From an uncultured Nitrospiraceae bacterium (GTDB lineage Bacteria > Nitrospirota > Thermodesulfovibrionia > Thermodesulfovibrionales > SM23-35): DNA of 40,847 bases. Location: positions 1 to 40,847 of the forward strand of contig CAZLFE010000005.1 in NCBI GenBank assembly GCA_964558725.1, given 5' to 3'. Numbering within the stretch: position 1 is the first letter of the stretch; each line of letters begins with the position of its first letter. The notes beneath the pieces were generated by a model. That model did not search any database. It was given only the letters and a program-made list of their open reading frames with translations, and was not told the DNA's origin. A program made the translations under genes and the position numbers. Below, in pieces: positions 9,023 through 17,631 of this stretch.

Positions 9023-10503
9023 GCCAGCTCCATAACAATCTTTTTGAATTGCCTTCCCCTGTCTTCAAAATCCATAAACATATCAAAACTGGCACATGCA
9101 GGAGAGAGGAGGACAACATCACCTTTAACTGCTATACTCCGTGATATAAGTACAGCCTCTTCCATGTCTTTAGCCATAGCTGTTTCAGTAAGGTCTCCGA
9201 GAGACTTTTTTATCTTCTCACGAGCTTCACCAATAAGAACAATGGCCTTTACCCTCTCTTTTACTAAATTCCTCAAGGGTGAAAAATCTCCTGCCTTATC
9301 TCTGCCCCCTGCAATCAGGATGATAGGCTCATTAAAGCTCTCGAGGGACTTTACTACGGCGCCTACGTTTGTCCCCTTTGAATCATTAACATACCTGACA
9401 CCATCTTTTTCTCTCACAAATTCGAGCCTGTGCTCTAAACCAGGAAATTCTCTCAGGGAATCCTTTATTGACTCTAAGGAGCTACCTGCAAGGAGAGCCA
9501 TGGCCGAGGCGGCCATGGCATTCTCCAGGTTATGGACTCCCTTGATCTTTATCTCGTCGGCATGTATGAGTAATGAGTGATGAGTGACGAGTGACATGCC
9601 AGGAAAATTACAATAGATTCTTCCATCTTTAAAATAGATACCCTCAACCTCTTTCTTCCGGCTGAAGTAAAAAATGCCCGGTTTTTCACGTTTACCCTTT
9701 ATCTGTTCTTTTGCAACTTTTACTGTTTCCGGGTCATCCGCATTGAGCAGCAGGAAATCTTCTCCCCTCTGGTTTTCGAATATTCTTGCCTTTGCCTCAG
9801 AGTACTCTTCGAGTGAATGGTACCTGTCAAGGTGGTCAGGTGTGATATTGAGTATCACAGCACCTTTGGGTCTGAAATCCTGTATCGATTCGAGTTGAAA
9901 GCTTGATACCTCAACAACGATATAGTCAATTCCGATGTCTGAACCGGCGACACGGCGAGTGGGAGAAACGGTGACTTCTCCGAGTCTCCGAGTCCCCGAG
10001 TCCCCGAGTCTTTTATAGATTTCCTCTGTCAGGGCATTCCCAATGTTCCCTCCGAGGATTGTCCTGAAACCACCCTTTCTGAGCATTGCATTCAGGAGGG
10101 TTGTTGTTGTGGATTTGCCATTTGTTCCTGTAACAGCGAGAAAGCTGGCCACTGACCCCTCGGAATCAAATCGTAATGCCTGGTTGCTGGCTATCTGGTA
10201 AGCAAGTTCGAGCTCCCCAATGATGGGAATCCCTTTTCCCTTTACCTTTGATAAGGGTAAAACACTGAGGGGAACCCCAGGGCTGATGACTATCATGTCA
10301 GCCGATATGAATAAGTCTTCGGGATGACTCCCCAGAGAAAGCCTGATCGAAGGTTTGAGCTTTTCTCTAAAATCTGTAAGCTCCTCTTCTGGTTTTCTGT
10401 CTGTTACCGTCACATCTGCACCAAGTTCAGAAAGCAGATTTGCTGCCCCTATGCCGCTTCTGCCAAGGCCTACAACTGTAATTTTCTTACCCTGTATTTC
10501 CAT
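9019..10503 (-). CDS. murD: UDP-N-acetylmuramoylalanine--D-glutamate ligase
   Basis: N-terminal VVGLGRSGIGAA. P-loop GTNGKSTTT. Also SSFQLE, NDSKGTN and LLSPACASFD blocks. Confidence 0.95.
   Translation of the reverse strand: MEIQGKKITVVGLGRSGIGAANLLSELGADVTVTDRKPEEELTDFREKLKPSIRLSLGSHPEDLFISADMIVISPGVPLSVLPLSKVKGKGIPIIGELELAYQIASNQALRFDSEGSVASFLAVTGTNGKSTTTTLLNAMLRKGGFRTILGGNIGNALTEEIYKRLGDSGTRRLGEVTVSPTRRVAGSDIGIDYIVVEVSSFQLESIQDFRPKGAVILNITPDHLDRYHSLEEYSEAKARIFENQRGEDFLLLNADDPETVKVAKEQIKGKREKPGIFYFSRKKEVEGIYFKDGRIYCNFPGMSLVTHHSLLIHADEIKIKGVHNLENAMAASAMALLAGSSLESIKDSLREFPGLEHRLEFVREKDGVRYVNDSKGTNVGAVVKSLESFNEPIILIAGGRDKAGDFSPLRNLVKERVKAIVLIGEAREKIKKSLGDLTETAMAKDMEEAVLISRSIAVKGDVVLLSPACASFDMFMDFEDRGRQFKKIVMELA
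9566..9595. repeat. period-7 array ATGAGTR x4 inside murD, in frame
   Basis: atgagta atgagtg atgagtg acgagtg ac. Encodes SLVTHHSLLIH on the minus strand. Confidence 0.85.
9980..10011. repeat. tandem octamer CCGAGTCY x4 inside murD, in frame
   Basis: ccgagtct ccgagtcc ccgagtcc ccgagtct. An adjacent inverted repeat GGAGAA(9962-9967)/TTCTCC(9976-9981) is present. The whole segment encodes LGDSGTRRLGEVTVSPTRR. Confidence 0.9.
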
Positions 10504-11593
10504 TTATGCTTTTCTCTAAGACTCTATAATCTTTTCCTTTTTTACTCTTTGCAAGGGTTTTTGTCTTACTCCTTTTCTTTGCAAAGGTCTTTGTTTCCCC
10601 CTTTTTCTTTGCAAATACTTTCTTTTTCTTTAACGCTGAAGTTTTATGGCCGAACTTTGAACTCTTCTTATAGGTTGCTTTTCTCACGTCGAGTGAATCG
10701 TAATCTGCCTTTGTAAAATAGACAACAGGTTCTTCTTTGTAAGTTAAAATATTAAATCCCTTGTCAATGAGAATCTCTGTCTCTTTCCAGAGGTTTACCC
10801 TGCTTGGGTTCCCGAGAAGGGCAACGATCACAGTATCCTTCTCACGTTCAGCAGCACATACAAAACAATGCCTTGCCTCACGTGTGTAGCCGGTCTTGCC
10901 TCCTATAAGGTCTTCATCGGACCATAAAAGCCTGTTTATATTCCTGAGATACAGGTCGTTTCCATTTCCCCTCGAGACTTCTGCTACACGAGTTCCTATT
11001 ATTTCTTTCAGTTTTGGGTATCTCAGGGCATACCGCATCATTATTGACAAATCAAAGGTAGTCGTATATTGATTCGGGCCAGGAAGCCCATGGGGGTTTA
11101 TAAATTTAGTATCCGTTAATCCTATAGCTTCTGCTTTTCTGTTCATGAGATAAACGAACATTTCCTCAGAACCAGCCACAGCTTCTGCAAGAGCAACAGC
11201 AGCGTCATTTGCAGACTTCATGAGTGCAGCATAGAGAAGTGTTTCAATAGTTACTTCATCCCCTTCTTTGAACCCTGCCTTTAAAGGAGCAACAAGAGAG
11301 GCATTTTTACTTATCTTTACAACCTCTGAAAGGTTTTTCTCTTCTATGGCTATAATTGCTGTCATCAGCTTTGTTGTACTTGCAGGAGGAAGCCTGAGAT
11401 TTGGATTCTTTGCATAAAGGATCCTTCCTGTTGATGCTTCCATCACAGCGGTTGACCGGGAATTAACCTCATAAGCATTTACAGCAGTGACACGTAACAA
11501 GGTACAAGTAACAAGTAAAACAAAAATAAGAAATAAAAAATATCTTGTATTAACTTTAAACTTTAAACTTTTAACTTGTAACTGTTTTTCCAT
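10487..11593 (-). CDS. D-alanyl-D-alanine carboxypeptidase (peptidase S11, PBP5/6-like) with a Lys-rich C-terminal tail
   Basis: SxxK (ASTTK), SxN (SAND) and KTG (KTGYT) motifs. N-terminal signal/anchor sequence. The C-terminal ~60 residues are Lys-rich degenerate repeats. Confidence 0.9.
   Translation of the reverse strand: MEKQLQVKSLKFKVNTRYFLFLIFVLLVTCTLLRVTAVNAYEVNSRSTAVMEASTGRILYAKNPNLRLPPASTTKLMTAIIAIEEKNLSEVVKISKNASLVAPLKAGFKEGDEVTIETLLYAALMKSANDAAVALAEAVAGSEEMFVYLMNRKAEAIGLTDTKFINPHGLPGPNQYTTTFDLSIMMRYALRYPKLKEIIGTRVAEVSRGNGNDLYLRNINRLLWSDEDLIGGKTGYTREARHCFVCAAEREKDTVIVALLGNPSRVNLWKETEILIDKGFNILTYKEEPVVYFTKADYDSLDVRKATYKKSSKFGHKTSALKKKKVFAKKKGETKTFAKKRSKTKTLAKSKKGKDYRVLEKSINGNTG
10541..10630. 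repeat. three tandem 30-nt repeats encoding the Lys-rich tail (K-x-F/L-A-K-K)
   Basis: CTTTGCAA recurs at 10547, 10577 and 10607, an exact 30-nt period. Translated as KKVFAKKKGETKTFAKKRSKTKTLAKSKK. Confidence 0.8.
11494..11584. repeat. 13 consecutive heptamers in one register covering the carboxypeptidase signal-peptide codons
   Basis: gtaacaa ggtacaa gtaacaa gtaaaac aaaaata agaaata aaaaata tcttgta ttaactt taaactt taaactt ttaactt gtaactg. The two halves are roughly inverted (ACAAGT ... ACTTGT). Confidence 0.85.
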
Positions 11594-11594
11594 A

Positions 11595-12677
11595 TCACCT
11601 CACCTTTAATGTTGCCAGGCTTAATAAAGCCAGCATCATTCCTATTATCCAGAACCTCACGATGACTTTTGGTTCAGGCCACCCTTTTAATTCAAAGTGG
11701 TGATGGATGGGGGCCATCTTAAACACCCTTTTACCCGTGAGCTTAAAGGATAGTACCTGCAGTATGACAGAGATTGTTTCTATAACAAAGATTCCCCCTA
11801 CTACTGCAAGGACTATCTCATGCTTTGTAATGACGGCCAGGGTACCGAGGGAACCCCCGAGCCCGAGAGATCCCACATCGCCCATAAAGATATCAGCTGG
11901 ATAAGAGTTATACCAGAGAAACCCAAGAGAAGCTCCAAATATGGCCCCGCAGAAAACGGTTAATTCTCCAGTGCCAGGGAGATAGAGGACCTGGAGGTAC
12001 TGGGCTAATCCCTTATGTCCTGATATGTAAACGAGTACACCAGTAGCAAGGACGGCAATAGCAACAAGACCTATTGCAAGCCCATCTATACCATCTGTAA
12101 GGTTAACTGCATTGGATGAGCCTACAATGACAATTGCTGAAAATGGTATATAAAACCAGCTGAGGTCAAAGAGCCATTTCTTAAAGAAGGGAACGATCAG
12201 AATATCTGCATAAGGGTCCTTTGGATTTACGTAGAGAAAGAAACCGATTAAGAGGGCAAGGACTATCTGGTTGCTAAACTTGGAAAAAACTCGGAGACCT
12301 TTGTGATTTTTCCTTGTGACCTTAAGATAATCGTCGAGAAAGCCGATGAATCCAAACCCTGCAAGGGAGATAATCATGATCCAGACATACATATTTTTCA
12401 GGTCTCCCCACAGAAAAACCGAAAGAAGTATGCAGACAATGATGAGGACTCCGCCCATCGTAGGAGTGCCTGCCTTGTTGATATGTGTCTTTGGACCATC
12501 ATCCCGAATTTGCTGGGTCATACTTAATCTCTTCAATCTTCCTATAATCCACGGACCCAATATGAGAGAAAACAACAGTGCTGTAAGCACAGCAAGGGAG
12601 GTTCTGAAGGTAATGTACCTGAAGACATTGAGAGGCGAGAACCAGTCATGTAAATTGTATAAAAGGCTATATAACAT
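11595..12677 (-). CDS. mraY: phospho-N-acetylmuramoyl-pentapeptide transferase
   Basis: Polytopic protein with MraY blocks (KAGTPTMGG, NAVNLTDGIDGLA, HHHFE). Confidence 0.96.
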   Translation of the reverse strand: MLYSLLYNLHDWFSPLNVFRYITFRTSLAVLTALLFSLILGPWIIGRLKRLSMTQQIRDDGPKTHINKAGTPTMGGVLIIVCILLSVFLWGDLKNMYVWIMIISLAGFGFIGFLDDYLKVTRKNHKGLRVFSKFSNQIVLALLIGFFLYVNPKDPYADILIVPFFKKWLFDLSWFYIPFSAIVIVGSSNAVNLTDGIDGLAIGLVAIAVLATGVLVYISGHKGLAQYLQVLYLPGTGELTVFCGAIFGASLGFLWYNSYPADIFMGDVGSLGLGGSLGTLAVITKHEIVLAVVGGIFVIETISVILQVLSFKLTGKRVFKMAPIHHHFELKGWPEPKVIVRFWIIGMMLALLSLATLKVR

Positions 12678-12678
12678 C

Positions 12679-14040
12679 TTATGCCTCCAGAACCCTTTCC
12701 ATATTCATACCCCTTGAACCCTTTATGAGAAGAGTATCACCTTCTCTGCAGATACCCTTAATCTTTTCCCTTGCCTCGATAGAATTCTGAAATGTGAAGA
12801 CCGTTCCTGAAAATTCCGATGCTGCGGCGGACATCAAAGGTCCTATTGCCACAAAGATGTCAATCGGAAGTTCTGACATCCACCTGACAAGTGTCCTGTG
12901 GGCCTCATCTCCATAATGACCGAGTTCAAGCATATCACCCAAGACAGCAATAGCCCTTTTCTTCCTGAGCCTGACAAGCTCTTTAAGAGCCTCTTCCATA
13001 GAAGCCGGGTTTGCGTTATACACATCACTGATGACATGAATGCCCTCAAGTTCTTTTATCTCAAATCTCATTGGTATGCTGACAAAAGAATCTATCACAT
13101 TTTTTATATTCCGTAGTTCAATATGAAAGATATGGCCGACGGAGACGGCCGCGAGGAGATTATAAATATTAAATCTTCCTGATATTTTCGGATGGACTTC
13201 TATAGATGTGTTTTTGCCGATGTGTAAAAGAAAGGTAGAACCCTTTTCATGGAGTCTGATATCCGTTGCATAGATTTCGGCATCATTGTTTATCCCGTAT
13301 CTAACTATCCTCCCTTTAAACCCTGAGGCCTGAATACCTTCCATCAAGAAAGAATCATCAGCGTTCACAACAGCCACACGAATATAATTCAGGATTTCAA
13401 GTTTCGTCCTCCTCAGGGTCTCCATATCTTTAAAACCCTCGAGGTGGGATGGACTGATATTCGTTAAAATACCATAGTCTGGCACTGCTATTTCGCATAA
13501 CTCCTCTATGTCACCTGGTGCACTTGCACCCATCTCCAGAACAACAGCCTCATCTTCTTCAGATATCCTTGTCAAAGTCAGAGGAAGTCCGATATGGTTA
13601 TTCAGATTACCTGCATTTTTCAGTACCCCGTATGTAGAGCTCAGGATCGATGCTATGAGTTCTTTTGTGGTTGTCTTGCCATTCGATCCTGTAACACCAA
13701 TAACAGGAATAGCTCTTTTCAAACGCATATAACGAGCTATCCTCTGAAGAGCCTTGAGTGTGTCCCCTACAGAGATGATGGTTTTCCCCTCTATCAGTTC
13801 TGCAGGAGGAAATTTTACAATAGCGCCGCTTCCTATCCTTAGCGCATCTTGAAGAAAATCATGTCCGTCAAATCTCTCGCCCCTCAGTGCAATGAATAAC
13901 TCTCCTTGTTGTATCGACCGTGAATCTATCGACATACCTGAAAAGGCATGAGAATTTCTCCATATAACCTTTCCATCTGTTGCTGCAATGATATCTTCGA
14001 TTTTCAAAACTCCTTTAATCTCATTCCTGAGCATCCACAA
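12679..14040 (-). CDS. murF: UDP-N-acetylmuramoyl-tripeptide--D-alanyl-D-alanine ligase
   Basis: Mur ligase P-loop GSNGKTTTKE. DSRSIQQGELFIAL N-terminal block. YNANPASM block. The start could instead be the internal ATG at 14034. Confidence 0.93.
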   Translation of the reverse strand: MWMLRNEIKGVLKIEDIIAATDGKVIWRNSHAFSGMSIDSRSIQQGELFIALRGERFDGHDFLQDALRIGSGAIVKFPPAELIEGKTIISVGDTLKALQRIARYMRLKRAIPVIGVTGSNGKTTTKELIASILSSTYGVLKNAGNLNNHIGLPLTLTRISEEDEAVVLEMGASAPGDIEELCEIAVPDYGILTNISPSHLEGFKDMETLRRTKLEILNYIRVAVVNADDSFLMEGIQASGFKGRIVRYGINNDAEIYATDIRLHEKGSTFLLHIGKNTSIEVHPKISGRFNIYNLLAAVSVGHIFHIELRNIKNVIDSFVSIPMRFEIKELEGIHVISDVYNANPASMEEALKELVRLRKKRAIAVLGDMLELGHYGDEAHRTLVRWMSELPIDIFVAIGPLMSAAASEFSGTVFTFQNSIEAREKIKGICREGDTLLIKGSRGMNMERVLEA

Positions 14041-15566
14041 TGCTCATTCCCTCCCTGATTCCTTAATTTATCTTTAATTGCTTCCTCAAGAATTTCTCTA
14101 TCATTGAATTGATACCGTGTGCCTTTGATTTCCTGGTAATCCTCATGTCCCTTGCCTGCTATAAGGATGATATCTCTATCACATGCGACATTTACTGCTT
14201 TTCTGATCGCTTCTCTTCTGTCGGGCTCTTTTATATAGTTTCTTCTTACTACTCCCGCTTCGATCTCCTTAATAATATCGGATGGTTCTTCAGATCTGGG
14301 ATTATCAGAAGTCAGGATAACAAGGTCACTAAGCCTCGTTGCCGCTGCACCCATCTTGGGCCTCTTACCACGGTCCCTGTCTCCCCCACATCCAAAGACA
14401 GTGATAATGCGAGGTGATGCTTGCATAATGCGTGATGAGTTTTTGACAAGTTCTCTTGCAGTACATATCAGCCTTTCAAGAGCATCCTCTGTATGGGCAT
14501 AATCGATAAGGCAGAGGAAGTTCTGACCAAGATCAAGCTTTTCGAACCTTCCCGTAACACTACCAGTCTTCCTTATGCCTTCAAGAATTATCTGCCACGG
14601 AACCCCCAGAGAGATTGATACGCCAGCTGCAGACATAATGTTGTATACATTGGGCAGACCCATGAGGGGAGATGAGACATCATAACTCCTGCCGCGGAAG
14701 GATATCCTAAACTTCAATCCCCCAGCGGATGGATTAATTTCCCTCGCGACGATATCTGCTCCATCCTCTATCCCGTACGTCAGTATCCTTTTGAGTTCTA
14801 AGTCTTGTCCGCCTGAGGCGGATCCAAGCTCTGATGTTAGTCTCTTTCCATAAGGGTCATCCATATTTATCACACAGGTTCCATCCTTGTCGAGAAGCTC
14901 CCTGAATAATCTCTCCTTTGCCCTGAAATAGTTTTCCATAGTTTTATGAAAGTCCAGATGGTCTCTCGTGAGATTCGTGAAAACCGCAACCTTAAAAACA
15001 GCCCCTTCTACCCTACGCTGTTCAAGGGCATGGGATGATACCTCTGAAATAACATGGGTGCAACCCGAGGAGATCATATCTTTTAACAGACCATGGAATT
15101 CCAGGGATTCAGGCGTTGTGAAAGGTGCAGGGTAGGCCCTGTCTTTTATCATGTAGTGTATCGTGCCGATCAGGCCAACTTCCTTTCCCCAGGACTCGAG
15201 TATGGACTTGAGGATATACGTTGTCGACGTCTTTCCGTTTGTACCAGTTATACCGATGAGGACAAGATTTTCTGATGGCATCCCATAAAAATTATGAGCG
15301 ATACAGGCAAGGGCTCTTCTGCTGTCTTTTACACGGATGTAAATCTCAACATCTTTCAGATCTCTCTCACCCACTACTGCAATTGCCCCTTTTTTGATCG
15401 CCTCTGGAATAAAATCATGTCCGTCATACCTCTCACCCTTTATCGCTACAAACAGAGAACCCTCTTTTACCTTCCGTGAATCATAAGCCACACCCGCGAT
15501 ATCTCTATCCGATGGCAGAGAGTTGTTTACAAAATCACAACCTTGTAAAAGTTCTTTCAAGATCAT
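14004..15566 (-). CDS. murE: UDP-N-acetylmuramoyl-L-alanyl-D-glutamate--2,6-diaminopimelate ligase
   Basis: P-loop GTNGKTSTT. Also DYAHTEDALE, FGCGGDRDRGKRP and DNPRSE blocks. Confidence 0.95.
   Translation of the reverse strand: MILKELLQGCDFVNNSLPSDRDIAGVAYDSRKVKEGSLFVAIKGERYDGHDFIPEAIKKGAIAVVGERDLKDVEIYIRVKDSRRALACIAHNFYGMPSENLVLIGITGTNGKTSTTYILKSILESWGKEVGLIGTIHYMIKDRAYPAPFTTPESLEFHGLLKDMISSGCTHVISEVSSHALEQRRVEGAVFKVAVFTNLTRDHLDFHKTMENYFRAKERLFRELLDKDGTCVINMDDPYGKRLTSELGSASGGQDLELKRILTYGIEDGADIVAREINPSAGGLKFRISFRGRSYDVSSPLMGLPNVYNIMSAAGVSISLGVPWQIILEGIRKTGSVTGRFEKLDLGQNFLCLIDYAHTEDALERLICTARELVKNSSRIMQASPRIITVFGCGGDRDRGKRPKMGAAATRLSDLVILTSDNPRSEEPSDIIKEIEAGVVRRNYIKEPDRREAIRKAVNVACDRDIILIAGKGHEDYQEIKGTRYQFNDREILEEAIKDKLRNQGGNEHCGCSGMRLKEF
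14404..14437. repeat. direct repeat ATAATGCG(AG)GTGATG x2 inside murE, in frame
   Basis: ataatgcgaggtgatg (14404-14419) and ataatgcgtgatg (14425-14437). Encodes SSRIMQASP immediately before the conserved VFGCGGDRD block. Confidence 0.7.
14804..14828. repeat. imperfect palindrome inside murE, in frame
   Basis: CTTG TCCGCC tga GGCGGA tc CAAG. Encodes part of GSASGGQDLE. Confidence 0.7.
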
Positions 15567-17260
15567 TTTGCCACCAGTAGAGTAGTTTCGTAGGGAAGAT
15601 CCCTCCTCGGTATATTGAGATACGAAAGAGCTTGGTTTGCGATATCCTTGAAAACTGGTGAAGCCACTACCCCTCCATAAATCTGGCCTTTGGGTTCATA
15701 AACAATAACAATGAGCGCAAACCTTGGTTTGTCAGCAGGTACAAATCCCACAAAAGAACTGACATATTTTTCTCTCGAATATCTTTTTGTTTTCGGGTCT
15801 ATCATCTGGGCTGTCCCTGTTTTGCCTGCGACCTCGTCTCCCTCAACGGACGCTTTTTCGCCGGTCCCTCCTTCTACAACGCTCTTGAGAATCTCTCTGA
15901 ATATCTCAGCTGTCTTCGGAGAAAGTATGCGCTTCCTTTCATTGTCCATGAATGAAAAAAGTACCTGGCCTTCAGGGGATATTATCTCAGATACAACATG
16001 GGGTTTTACGAGGAATCCTCCATTTGCAATTGCAGAGTAAGCTCTGAGTATCTGCAGTGGAGTTACCGCAACCTCTTGACCAATTGGTATCGCACCAAGG
16101 GATGTCCCTGACCATCTTTCGGGTGGCTGTATCCATCCGGAGACTTCACCTGGTAAATCTATCCCTGTTTTTTCACCAACCCCTAACAGTTTTGCGTAGT
16201 TATATATCCTCTCTTTTCCAAGCTTCATACCAATCATAATGGAACCTACATTGGAAGACTTCTGGATAACCTCTTTAAATGTCAGAACCCCACATTTGTG
16301 AACATCGTGAATAGTTTTTCCTCCAACCTCAATAGACCCTTTGCTGACATCAAAGAGCGAATGAGGTCTAACTATTTCTTCCTCGAGGGCTCCAATGCCA
16401 ACAACAATTTTGAAAGTAGAGCCAGGTTCGTAGCAATCCGTTATAGCCCTGTTCCTCTTCCCAAAATCTTTAGCTTTTCCTATGTTGTTAGGGTCATATG
16501 ATGGTCTGTTAGCGAGGGCGAGGATCTCGCCAGTAAAAGGATCTATCATAATGGCTGATGCTGCAGCAGCCCTCCATTGAACCATTGCCTTCTCAATCGT
16601 CCTTTCGACAATTCCCTGAAGCCCCTCATCTATGGTGAGCACAATATTATTGCCTCTTGCTTCTTTATCTACTCCCGATGAAAGTGTTCTTCCACCAGCA
16701 TCTCTTTCAAAGAATACTTTTCCACCCCTTGTTTTCAAATATCGGTCAAATTGGAGTTCGATCCCTTCGAGTGCCTGGTTATCAACTCCAACAGAGCCGA
16801 TTATGTGTGAAGCAAGTTTTCCTTTCGGATAAATCCTTTTTGCCTCATTCATAAAACCCAGACCTGTAATATTGAGGTCTTTTACCCTCTCTGCGACATC
16901 AGGCTCAAGTTTTCTTTCAATCCATGCAAATTTCCCCTCTTCTGGTATCTTTGTGAGAATGACCTCTGGGTTTTTTGCCATAGCAGAAGCGAGTTTCTTC
17001 ATGCTCTCATTATCGAGATGAAGGTTCTCGGGTTCACAATAAAGAGATTCCAATTCGAGGTTCAATGCGAGCTGCCTTCCCTCTCTGTCAAATATTATTC
17101 CTCTTCTCACCTGTATGTCTTCAACCTTTATATGTTGCTGTTTAGCCTTCTCAGAAAGCAACTTATGGTTGAGGATCATCAAATCTGTTAGACGTAAAAA
17201 AACCGCAAAAAAACTAAAAATGATTATCGTATTCAAGATGACCCACCGTTTTTTATTCAA
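15563..17260 (-). CDS. ftsI: peptidoglycan D,D-transpeptidase FtsI (class B PBP)
   Basis: N-terminal TM helix and PBP dimerisation domain. STFK, SSN and KTGT motifs. dcw position after ftsL. Confidence 0.93.
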   Translation of the reverse strand: MNKKRWVILNTIIIFSFFAVFLRLTDLMILNHKLLSEKAKQQHIKVEDIQVRRGIIFDREGRQLALNLELESLYCEPENLHLDNESMKKLASAMAKNPEVILTKIPEEGKFAWIERKLEPDVAERVKDLNITGLGFMNEAKRIYPKGKLASHIIGSVGVDNQALEGIELQFDRYLKTRGGKVFFERDAGGRTLSSGVDKEARGNNIVLTIDEGLQGIVERTIEKAMVQWRAAAASAIMIDPFTGEILALANRPSYDPNNIGKAKDFGKRNRAITDCYEPGSTFKIVVGIGALEEEIVRPHSLFDVSKGSIEVGGKTIHDVHKCGVLTFKEVIQKSSNVGSIMIGMKLGKERIYNYAKLLGVGEKTGIDLPGEVSGWIQPPERWSGTSLGAIPIGQEVAVTPLQILRAYSAIANGGFLVKPHVVSEIISPEGQVLFSFMDNERKRILSPKTAEIFREILKSVVEGGTGEKASVEGDEVAGKTGTAQMIDPKTKRYSREKYVSSFVGFVPADKPRFALIVIVYEPKGQIYGGVVASPVFKDIANQALSYLNIPRRDLPYETTLLVAK

Positions 17261-17280
17261 AATCCTGCACCTCTCTCCAA

Positions 17281-17631
17281 TCAGGGTCCAACCAACTGTC
17301 TCTTCCCCAGTGATGCTTTATGAGGTAGAGATCCCTTCTGTCTCTTTACATGGATTACTCTGACCCTGTCAGGGAAGACAAAGCTATCGTTTTCCATCGA
17401 GGATGCCTCCAGCCTTTCCAGAGATTGGAGACCTGCCTTTTCAGCAAGCAGTAACCTCCTCTCTTTAATCTGCTCAGCTTTCATCTTTTCAAGGACACCA
17501 ATTTTGTATTCTAAGGTAAGAACATTTGACTTGAGCCATACAAGACTGAACTGACCAGCAAGTAAAAGCGCAATGCACAAGGGCTTTAAAATAAAAGTCA
17601 TCATACTTTTCCTTCTACCTAATCGTATCAT
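17281..17631 (-). CDS. ftsL: cell division protein FtsL-like (bitopic, coiled coil)
   Basis: Short basic N-terminus, one TM helix (FILKPLCIALLLAGQFSLVWL), then a heptad-like region. ATG 17631 overlaps the rsmH TGA (ATGA). Position between rsmH and ftsI fits. The call rests mainly on position and topology. Confidence 0.7.
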   Translation of the reverse strand: MIRLGRRKSMMTFILKPLCIALLLAGQFSLVWLKSNVLTLEYKIGVLEKMKAEQIKERRLLLAEKAGLQSLERLEASSMENDSFVFPDRVRVIHVKRQKGSLPHKASLGKRQLVGP

